This document shows, piece after piece, positions 53,552 through 64,000 of a DNA stretch of 64,000 nucleotides (position 1 is the stretch's first letter; each line of letters starts with the position of its first letter). Location of the stretch: assembly GCF_004010195.1 (NCBI RefSeq), contig NC_057719.1, positions 30,956,294 to 31,020,293 on the forward strand. Direction: 5' to 3'. The position numbers and the translations under genes were made by a program. The notes beneath the pieces were generated by a model. It did no database searches. It was given only the letters and a program-made list of their open reading frames with translations, and was not told the origin of the DNA. This DNA comes from Chiloscyllium plagiosum. Taxonomy: Eukaryota.

Positions 53552-54236
53552 GGTCATGAATACTTTCTAAACTGTCTTAATTTGATATAAAAATGTCTAA
53601 CAATCCCTTCATTCTAAACATTTGTATTTCATAGTGTTTTGGAAAAAATGTAAATGAAATTATCAACCTACCCAAGGCCAATAAAACGAGCTGGGTTGTC
53701 TAGTCAGTCTGGTTTTTTTATATTGCGGACATATCACATTTGTACTTAACACAGCAAAAGTTTAAATAAGTCTATTGTAGATCAACAAAATATAGCACAA
53801 AAGTCATTAGAACCAAATCATTTTTAATAAAATGAAGGAATGGCAAATGCATTTGACAGCTTACTTCATTTAACCATTCTTATACAGCAATTTTTTTTTA
53901 AATTCACTCATAGTACATGGATGCCATAGAGTGGCCACCATTTATTGGCTGTCCCTAGTTGTCCTTGAGAAGGTGGTGGCGAACTGCTTTATAAGCATAT
54001 AATCATGTGGTAAGAAAATAAAACCTACCACTTTCAATGACTTAGTAGATGGAAACACTATATAATGTGGAATGCTTCTATTTACATTCAATACTCAATT
54101 ACAAATCAATTAAATTATATCCACCAAATCCATATCCACCAAAACAATATTTTATTTGTATATGAGGCATGTTTTCTACTTTCACTATTAATATAAAACA
54201 ACATTCATTAATTTGAATTCAACTTCATCATCTTAC

Positions 54237-55135
54237 CTGTCTAACGTAGCAAACAGTCCGGTTTTTCCACCAACAGCACACAGTACTTTGGGAGCACAAC
54301 GTGGTCGTGTTGATAACTCAGTCTGATGAGAAAATCGGTGCTCTGGCATAAAATGATACTTAAGTGCTTCATTTAGAAGGTGTTTGCAGGTATGTTCATC
54401 ACGAATTAACTGGTTTGCTTCATATAATCTTGTTAGAAACTTCACACTTAGCAATGGCAATCGCACACAGTGTAACAGCTGAGCCAAATATTTTTGTCTT
54501 TCTTGTACATCATATTTAATCCATGCCTCCAAAGCATAAAAAACAGACTCCTCAGTCACAACATTCAGACAGTCATTTGAAATAATTTCATCTAACTCAG
54601 TGTGATTCAATTCAAAAAACTCCTCTGTGTGACATACCTCTTCAAAATTCTGACAAATGTATTTGTTGGCAGCAAGATACAAGTCATGACAACCATAGGT
54701 TTCAGCAAATCGGGAAATGCCAATGCAATTACCAGGATCAAGCTGACTTTCAAGGAATGTACAACATTCCTTCAGTACTAACTTAATTTGAAGTAAATTT
54801 GCAGCTGGTAGTAAAGATTCCACTGTATCTTGTGAAATGAATATGGTTCCTGTATATGCATATTCTACAATAGCCTGCAAAGCAGTTTCATCAATACACT
54901 GGAACTCAACCTCAGAGTTCTCATTTTCTGAAAGGTTCCCAGTAAACATGGCTTTGAAGTATGGGCTGATGCTTGCCAGCACCACTTTATGGGCGTGGAT
55001 TTTGACATCACCAACCCGGAGGACGATGTCACAGAGCTCACGATGCTGCCGAAGAAGATTCAATCCTTGCAGTAACTGCTCAGAATGTGGATGAGTCAGA
55101 TTAGCAAGCATGTAGGATTGAGGAGACGGGTCCAT
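54237..55135 (-). CDS. KLHL28: KLHL28 first coding exon (BTB + BACK domains, start of kelch 1)
   Basis: 300-aa ORF with LCDIVLRVGDVKIHAHKVVLASISPYFKAMF (BTB) and a BACK domain. Acceptor ttcag|ATG, donor AG|gtaaga, 899 nt. Confidence 0.96.
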
Positions 55136-55849
55136 CTGAAGGAGAGAATAAAAAGATAAATTGTCAGCATAAAATATCCACTGTAACTAAAAAAAGGTTT
55201 ACTAGAAAAAAATTCAAGAAAATACATCTCATTTCTTCAATTTAAAAAAAAGCTTGAAAAAGTCTAACAATGCTTCTCAAAAGAAAAAAAACTTCTAAAC
55301 CAACTGTAATCCAAAAGGTACAACAGCAGTTATTAAATAGTTTCCTTTGATTTAGAACCACAAAATATTAATTTCAGGTGCAGTTACCAAGGGCTTACTG
55401 TCTGATAAACAGTTCCTTACTGGTGGACAAGTCACAGAATCATACAGCACAGAAACAGACCCTTTAGTCCAACTCATCCATGCTAACCAGATATCCTAAA
55501 TTAATCTAGTCACAAAGCAATTTAGAATATTTTACAAAAAGTTCATTCAAATGACAGTACAGCAAGTACAAATACATGAATAATATTTGTATAACTGTTC
55601 TTTATCCTACTTTAAAATGGGCATTTGGGGCAGTGCCCTCAATAATGCATTAATCACTAGCAACATTATACAATTCAGTAACTATTAAATATGAAAGATG
55701 CCCACTTGATTGGCAAGTGGTTTAACAACTTGAAAATATTCCATGACTCTGCTCTCGTGGTTGCAGCCTGTCACATCTGGGTTACATTGTGCTTGACATA
55801 CCAAAGTTTAGCACTCAAGCATTAGGAAAGGTTAAAAAATGTCATTTCT

Positions 55850-56550
55850 TTTTTTGAGGTGAATTGTATACAAAATTACAAAGGTTATGCTTCAGTTCTG
55901 CAGAGCACTGGGCAGACCATATACAGAGTACTCTTTATAATATTGGTGTTTTTAGCGAAGGAAGGATATAAAGTGTCGGAAGCAGTTTAGAGAAGGTTTA
56001 CTGAACTAATAGCCGAATAGGTAGGTTGACATTTTTGGAGAGGCTAAGGTTATACGTGCTGGAGTTTAGAAGAATAAGATGAGACTTGATTGACACATGC
56101 AAGATCCTGAAGACTCTTGATAGGGTGTATGTGAAATGAACGTTTCCTACTGTGGGATAAGTAGAACTGCAAGGGCTCTTATGGTGCAGTGGTAGTTTTC
56201 CCACCTTTGAGCCAGAAGGTCCAGGTTCAAGTCCCAGCTGCATCAAACAACATGTCATAACACAATTGTACAAATTAACTTGAAATATAGCAAAGTAGAA
56301 TTTGGGGTCATTGTTTAAAACTAACGCTATTGTCCATTTAAGACAGAGAGTTGCTCTTGTAACAAAATTGAGTGGTTTTCGAAGTTTCTTCATCAAAAGA
56401 CAATTGAAACAGAGTTTGAATATTTTTAAAGTAATGGCAAATAAATTCTTGATAAACAAGGGGTGAAATGTTAACAGGGTAGGCAGGAATATAGAGTGAT
56501 TAGATTGACCATGCTTTTACTGAATGGCATAGCAGGCTCACATGCACTGC
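55850..56550 (+). mobile_element. Old CR1 3' remnant with nested short SINE
   Basis: Degenerate LEAV-RRFT...RIR-DLI-T-KIL region and a CR1-like 3' UTR. Confidence 0.6.
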
Positions 56551-56624
56551 AAAAACTCAAACTTCCTTCATTGGCAACTTCCGAAAGAGTAACATCTACC
56601 AGCTAGAAGGTCAAAGACAGCATT

Positions 56625-56985
56625 GGAGATGATGGCAATAGTAGTAATGTCACTAGACTAGTAGTAATCCAGAGGCCTAAGCTAAATATCTGGGGACAGG
56701 ATTCAAACTATACATCAGGTGGTGGAATTTGAATTCAGCCATAAATCTGGAACTGAAGGCTCATCTCAGTATCATGGTCACTACTACTTTCATCGAAAGT
56801 TGCAAATAGTCTCAGGAAATCTGCCAATCTTATCTTGTCTGACCTACTTCTGACTCCAGATCCACAGAAGTGTGGTTGATTCTTAAATGCCCTTTGAAAT
56901 CGCCTTGCATGCCACTAGGTCAAAGAGTAATTTGGGTGGGCAATAAATGTCCACCCCACCAGCAATGTCAAATCCCATGAAAGAA
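56625..56985 (+). mobile_element. DeuSINE-like SINE (SacSINE1 type); further copies at about 62515-62825 and 6700-6870
   Basis: tRNA-like head, central TGACTCCAGATCCACAG...TGGTTGATTCTTAA domain, GGGCAATAAATG tail shared with the old LINE. Confidence 0.65.
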
Positions 56986-57069
56986 GTTCACTTCCAAGTC
57001 ACACACCATCCTGACTTACAAATGAATCACTCTATCTTCACTCTTGCTGGGTAAATCACCAAAACTAAC

Positions 57070-57239
57070 TAATCAGGTAAAAACAATGACTGCAGATGCT
57101 GGAAACCAGATTCTGGATTAGTGGTGCTGGAAGAGCACAGCAGTTCAGGCAGCATCCAAGGAGCTTCGAAATCGACGTTTCGGGCAAAAGCCCTTGGATG
57201 CTGCCTGAACTGCTGTGCACTTCCAGCACCACTAATCCA
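57070..57239. mobile_element. Palindromic pLTR-derived element (family A variant)
   Basis: Inverted GGATTAGTGGTGCTGGAAG...CTTCCAGCACCACTAATCC. AAAACTAAC repeated at 57061 and 57240. Confidence 0.8.
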
Positions 57240-58807
57240 AAAACTAACAATCGCACTTCCGCCACACAGCCTGTAGCAGTTCAAGATAGCAACTTACTGC
57301 CATTTTTCCCCAAGGCATTTATTGATTGGCATTAAATTCTGGCCCCACCAGTGGCAGCCATACTACATGATTGAATGACAATAGATATAAACAATGTTTG
57401 CATAGTTGGAGAATTTTGGCTGGTGGTATTCATTAAATAACTGGCTAACTGTCCAGTGAATGGCTACCGATAAATTTCTTGCACCAGTCAGTTCAACTCC
57501 TTTTCCTTTACTTTAAAATTATGAAAAAAATTACAGACTGACTAATTAACCATAAATTAAAATCACTTCCAAGGAAAGCAAGTAACATGTGGAAGATTAA
57601 CTCAAGTAGCACACTCACCTTCAAATATTTCATTCTACTTTATATTAATTGTATCCAAAATTATGAAGCCATAAAAAAAGTGATCTGAAGGGGACCTTGC
57701 AATATAGTGGTATGCCCTTACCTGTGGGCCAGGGTTCAAGTCCCACCTGCTCCAGAGACATGAATATACATACTTGAACAGGCTGATCAGAAAATTAAAA
57801 ACAATCTGAAAGAAAGCACTAAAACAGCTTTGTAAACTCTACTCTCAAACAAATGAACCACAATCTCTGAAAACCTTTCCCAAGCCATGAGAAATATTCA
57901 ACGTTAAATTTCACGATATTGACACATAATGGGAGTGGTTATGTTCATGAACTTAAAAAATTTAAAATACATATTTTAGGGAAAGGCTCAGACAAACCAT
58001 TTCTCAAAGTGATACTTATTCTTTTGAAATATTAGGTGCTGCAGAATTTCTTACTTACCTCAATGTTCCCCAGAATTTCTTTCTTACTGCAATCAACGGG
58101 ATAAATGTGTGCCTATTAGGTAGGACAATTCAGTGACAATTAAGAAACAACAAAATGTTTTCAAATTAGGACAGCCTGTTCTCAGAAGGAAAAGTGGAGA
58201 TATGGGAACACTTGGAAGCGTTCCCACACATTAGCTGCATGTTCTTCTGGAAGATGAATGCTCTGGTTGAGAGATGCTGCTGAAGAAGCGTTTGTGACTT
58301 TCTGCAATGCATCTGCAGCTAGTACACACCACTGATGGTAGAGATTTATGCTTGTTGACAGAAGGTGCTGAGCAAACAAAGTACTTTGTTCGGGATGGTG
58401 CTGAACTTCTCCATGCTTGATGCAGCTGCAAGGCCAATTTCACTACTGGACTGCGAAACCAACAATGATAAATGGAATAAAGGACTTATGTTCATTGCAA
58501 GTTCCTGCCATTGTAGTTTCAACTCTGTCTCGATTGTGATCTTACCAGTAAAACTTGATTGCAATCTCATTCAAAGGGCACAAGAATAGCTAATAGGGAA
58601 GATTGAAATGTCTCTCTCTGGGTGCTGCCACATTTGATACATATAGAGTTGTGTAGAATTAAGTAAAGCAAGACTTGCTGAGAGTGTCAAAGTTGTTTTG
58701 TTAAACTAAAATGATTAATTCTAATAGAATTCCAGCAGTCTGAATTGCACAATAATAGAGTTGGAAATAAGAAATGCTAACAGTATAGCCCATTGAGGAA
58801 GTTCAAA

Positions 58808-60590
58808 ATCACCACACCAGGTTATAGTCAAAGGGATTTATTTGGAAGCACTAGCTTTCGGAGTGCTGCTCCTTCATCAGGTGGCTGTGGAGTATAAGAT
58901 CGTAAGACACAGAATTTATAGCAAAGGTTTACAGTGTGATGCAACTGAAATTATATATTGGAAAAGACCTGGATAGTTTGTTAAGGCTCTCCTCTTTTAA
59001 AATGACCATGTTGGTTTCAGTTTTTTCATATGTAAATCCTAGAACCTTTTAAAGTTACATTCTCAAGTGAACTTTAACAATAGGTGCCATATCAGCTCAG
59101 ATAATGCATTGAAGATGTAAGGTTAAAGTGTTCCAATGTTCAGAATGATTCTATTTCTAAAAAAGGGATTTACAGTATCTTACATGGATTTATGCAGGTT
59201 TTAAGCAAACTAAAACGTAATTCTGCAAGTACAAATTTACCCCATAAACTTGGGTGTGCACACACACGCAGGCTGGGGGAGGGGGGGGGGGGGGGGGGAG
59301 GGGAGGGTAGTGGTGAGTATCAGAGAGCGTGTATGTATATACAGATATGCATGAGTGTGAAGGGGTATAAGTCTGTGAGAGGGTACGTGTGTGGAGGTGT
59401 GTATATGTGAGCATATGAGAGAGGGTCTGTAGGAGAGTCTGTGCGTGTGCATGGATGCGCTTATGTGCTCATGTGAGAGAGCGTGGACTGGAGTGACCTG
59501 TGGTGTGACACATGAACCCAAGGTCCCAGTTGAGGTCATCCCCAGGAGTACTGAACTTGGCTATCAGCCTCTGTTCAGGCACTTTGTGTTGTTGCCTGTC
59601 CCAATGTCTGCTTGGAGGATGGTCACCCGAAGGTCTGAGGCTGAATGTCCTGGGAGAGAACACTCCTGGCTGGCGATTGTTGTGTGGTGTCCATTCATCT
59701 GTTGCCATAGACACTGCTTCGTCTCGCCAATGTACCGTGTCTCAGGGCATTCTTGCCTGCAGCATATGAGATGGACAATGTTGGCCAAGTCACATGAGTA
59801 CCTGCCGTGTACATGGTGGGTGGTGTCCCCACATGTAATGGTGATATCTGCGTCAACATGATAAACTGGGCAGAGGCTACGGCAACAGATGAATGGACAC
59901 AGCACAACAATCACCAGCCAGGAGTGTTCCCTTCCAGTTGGGGAACACTTCAGCGGTCTGGGACATTTAGCCTCTGACCTACAGGTGACCATCCTCCTAG
60001 GCAGATTTCAGGCTCGGCAACAATGCAAAGTGGCCAAGCAGAGGCTGATAGCCAAGTTTGGTATCCATGGGGACGTCCTCAACTGGGATCTTGAGTTCAT
60101 GTCACACTCTCTCTCGCTCTCACTCCTACAGATCCTCTCTCATACGCGCACACATACACACCCCTCATGCACCCTCTCACAGACTTATACCCCTTTACAT
60201 TCATACACGTACACACATTCTCTCACAGCAACCCCCCCCCCACACCCGTACACATGCACAAAGGTTCATGGGGGAGTTTGTACTTGCAGAATTACATTTT
60301 ACTTTGTTGAAAAACTGCATGAATCCACGTAAAATTGTGTAAATTCTTTGTAAGAAATAGAATCAGCCTGAACAAACAATCCAGGTCTTTTCCAGTATAT
60401 AATTTCAGTTGCATCATACTGTAAACTTTTGCTATAAATTCTGTGTCTTATGATCTTATACTCCACAACCACCTGAAGGAGCAGCACTCCGAAAGCTAGT
60501 GCTTCCAAATAAACCTGTTGGACTATAACCTGGTGTTGTGCGATTTTTAACATTGTTTACACCCCATTCCAACACCAGTACCTCCAAGTC
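58808..60590. mobile_element. Penelope-like element (family B) as a large inverted duplication
   Basis: GIY-YIG-like ANIVHLICCRQECPETRYIGETKQ on -. About 58808-59715 mirrors 59870-60550. Confidence 0.85.
58849..58883 (-). ncRNA. Minimal type I hammerhead ribozyme motif with intact core
   Basis: CAC-CUGAUGA-A-GGAG-CAGCA-CUCC-GAAA-GC-UA-GUG: stem I CAC/GUG, stem II GGAG/CUCC, palindromic AGCU at stem III. Confidence 0.75.
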
Positions 60591-60739
60591 ATGATTTCCA
60601 TAGAGAAAACTCTTGCATTATTCAGTGCTTAACATCTCTCACTGTAATAAGCATAAAGTAATGAGGGGAATAAAATGACCCATTAAGATGACTGAATTTC
60701 TGTTTAATAAAAATAATTTTCATTAACTAATTGGCCATA

Positions 60740-62010
60740 GAGTCATACAGATACACAGCATCAGAAACAGACTCTTCGGTCCAACTCTACCATGCCAACC
60801 AGATATCCTAAGTAAATCTAGTCCGATTTGCTAGCATTTGGCCCATATCCCTTTCAATGCTTCTATTCATATACCCATTCGAATGCCTTTTAAACTGTTG
60901 TCATTGCACCAACCTCTACCACCTCATTCCATATACATACCACTCTCTGCATGAAAGCATTGCCCTTATGGTCCCTTTTAAATATTTCCCCTTTCTCCTT
61001 AAACCAATGCTTTCTAGTACTGGACTCCCCCCACCCTTTCCATGCCTTTTATGATTTTATAAGTCTCTATAAAGTCACCCCTCAGCCTCTGATGCTCCAG
61101 GGAAAATAGACCTAGTCTATTCAGCCTCTCTCCATAGTTCAAACCTTCCAACACTGGCAACATCCTTGTAAATATTTTCTGAACCCTTTCAAGTTTCACA
61201 ACATCTTTCCTTATAACAGGAGACCAGACTTGCATACAGTATTCCAAAAGTGGCCTAATCAAAGTTTAGCACAGCCGCAACATGACGTCCCAATACTCAC
61301 TGCACTGACCAATGAAGGCAAGCATACCAAATGCCTTCTTCACTGTCCTATTTAGCTTGAAAGTGGAGTAGCAGGAACTATGAACCTGCACTCCAAGGTC
61401 TCTTTGTGTAGCAACACTCCGCAGGATCTTACCATTACATGCATAAGTCCTGACCTAATATGCCTTTCCAAAATGCAGCACCTCACATTTATCTAAATTA
61501 TACTCTACCTGCCACTGATCAGCCCATTGGCCCATCTGATCAAGATCCAGTCATACTCTTGAGATAATCTTCTTTGCTGTTCACTATACCTCTAATTGGC
61601 ATCACCTGCAAACTTACTAACCAGATCTCCTATGTTCACATCCAAATCATTCATATTAAAATGAAAAGCAGCGGACCCAACACCAATCCTTGTGGCACAC
61701 CTCCAGTCTGAAAAGCAACACTCCACCACCACCTTTGAGCTAGTTCTGTATCCAAATACCTAGTTCTCCCTGTATTCCATGTGATCTAAACTGCAAACTG
61801 GTCCACCATGAGGAACACTGTCGAATACCTTACTGTTCATACAGATCACATCCATCGCTCTGCCCTCATCAATCCTCTTCCTCAAAAAACTCAATCGAGT
61901 CCATGAGACATGATTTCTCACGCACAAAGCCATTTTGGTTATCCCTAAATTAGTCCTTAGCTTTCTAAGTTGATGTAAATTGTGTCCCTCAGAATTCCCT
62001 CCAACAACTT
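60740..62010 (-). mobile_element. CR1 LINE fragment
   Basis: IRPLLEYCMQVWSP, RLRGDFIETYKI, IDEGRAMDVI. Confidence 0.85.
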
Positions 62011-63936
62011 GCCCATTCAGCTCAACTTTCCGAAACATAAATCCAAAATGCACCACATTAAATCTAGCCACGTGAAGGCAAAGACAGGCATATAATAACA
62101 AGAAAAGGCACACAGTTATTCTTTGCTTTGCTGAATTGAGCCTACTCAGAGGCAGTTTTCACATTTTTCTCGTGTGAACTGCAAATTAGTTCCACTTCCT
62201 TGCATACTTAAATTTCTTTTTCATTTAAAAAAAAGTTAGAGTTATAATTCACTTCAATATGGATATCTGAGATGACAACAGTAGTGGGTAACCAAGGTGT
62301 AAGACTTGGACAACTTGACAATTGCTCACAAAAATATTTGATATTGTTCTTCATCTATTACAATAGGGAATAAAAAAGGAGTTGGCTAAAGGAATTCCAT
62401 AAAAGAAGCATGAGGCACAACCTCTTGAATTGCCAGAAACAGTCCCACAGCCAAATCACACTCCCAGCTTCCTTGTTTTTGTGTACATTTTAAAGTCAAA
62501 CATGAAGGCAAACACGTAATTAATCCAGAGGCCCAGGTAATGTTCTAGGGACCAGAGTTGAAATACTGCCACAGTGGATGGTAGAATTTAAATGCAATTA
62601 AGCATCTAATGATGACTGTGAATCCATTACCAATTGTTGGGAAAACCCATCTGGCTCACTAATGTCCTTTAGGGAATGAAACTACCACCCTTACATGGTC
62701 TGGCATACATGTGACTCCGGACCCACAGCAACGTGGATGACTCTTAACGCCTCTCCCTAATTGTCCAGAGGAGAGCTAAATGCTGGCCTAGCCAGCAACT
62801 CCCACATCATATGAATGAATTAAAAAAGAGAAAACTCTCTTACGTCACCTAAAAATGGTTCTCCGTGCAAACTGCAGCTCAACTTAGTGTTGTACAACTC
62901 AATAGTTTCCAATACACAATGCAAGTTCAAAATGATAAAACAAAAGCATAACATTGTGTACTTGGACTTTAAACTGCATTCATTTTATTGATGTTAATTT
63001 TTAAATAAAAATAATCCTTTACAAATAAAACCAGACACCATTTTAACAAAAGTTACAAACTTTTTTTGTGGTAGAGAGATTTGAAAAGTATAAACATATT
63101 ACAGCCACCAGATCTTGATATGTACCAGTAGAATCTTTCAAAGTAAAATGCATTTGATTTTAATTTTAAATATGAAGCACTTTTTGTGTTACAATACTTG
63201 GTTTTTGTCATACAACAAACTTACCATTGTAATGAAAGCGAGCTGCAGTATTTAGCATTCAAGACGAGCATTTGAACCATTCAGGTAAATAGAATGGAGT
63301 TGTCATTGATGATCGTTCCTTTCCTCCAAAGCCGTCTGTCTCCCTAAACATTATTGACTTCTAATTACAACATAATGCTAGGCAGATTCTGTTACTTGAA
63401 ACTTTCTTATGGCTGCCTTTTCACCATTATTGCCCATTTGAAAATCTAATGTGAAAAGTTTGAATTAATGCTCCAGATCTCGTTTAACAGCAGCTACAAA
63501 CTAAATTTTCAATATATTAGACTTTAGGCCATGAATCCAAATTTAATCAATCCAACGAATATGTGCTTGCGTTAAATAAGACTTTTACGATTTATCAAAT
63601 AAGGACTGTATTTGAACATTCTTCCGGCAGTTATATGGCCTTTAAAAAGGTAAACAAAAAGTTCGCACTTTTTAACATGTATAATTCGCTTTGTGGCGTG
63701 GTTTCATTCATACTTCTAAATATAAACGCAGACAACAACAAAAAAGACGGCTCATGCACTCACACTTAATTTCACAATCAAATATTCTAACTTTCAATAG
63801 TCAAACCTGTCAACTGAGTTATCCATAACATGAGGGTCTTAGGCCTGTTACAAGAAGATCTCCGACACAAGTAGCGACTATACTTAATTTTAAATTACTA
63901 CATGCGAGATGTAAAATAATATGTAAGCAAACGTAC

Positions 63937-64000
63937 CTGATATAATTACGATAATAACCAGCTCAGCGGAAGATGGGCTGAGAAATTTCCCAAAACCTAT
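63937..64000 (-). other. Possible 3' end of non-coding exon 1 of KLHL28 (runs off the window)
   Basis: Donor-like tcag|gtacgt on the - strand and rising CpG density at the window end. An upstream exon must exist because the ATG sits directly at an acceptor. Confidence 0.4.

Overview
Eukaryotic, AT-rich, repeat-dense vertebrate DNA. The repeat complement (HE1-type V-SINEs, DeuSINE-like SINEs, CR1 LINEs, several Penelope-like families) points to a cartilaginous fish, probably a shark. Two complete spliced protein-coding genes face each other tail to tail. C14orf28/DORIP1 is on + (5 coding exons, 8688-32192, 1026 nt, 341 aa). KLHL28 is on - (4 coding exons, 55135-45244, 1716 nt, 571 aa). All inferred introns are GT-AG with matching phases. 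The rest is mostly decayed retroelements. Main points: (1) C14orf28 carries what looks like an intact Cys-His-Asp USP/PLpro-type protease signature plus two Cys pairs; (2) it has a 31-aa N-terminal extension from a coding exon 1; (3) minimal hammerhead-ribozyme motifs from several Penelope-like families recur through the window, including many short TSD-flanked insertions and one two-ribozyme, retrozyme-like insertion; (4) there are two solo LTRs and several local duplication or fold-back structures. Gene identities rest on my recall of the vertebrate proteins; no database search was run, and TE boundaries are approximate unless a TSD is given.
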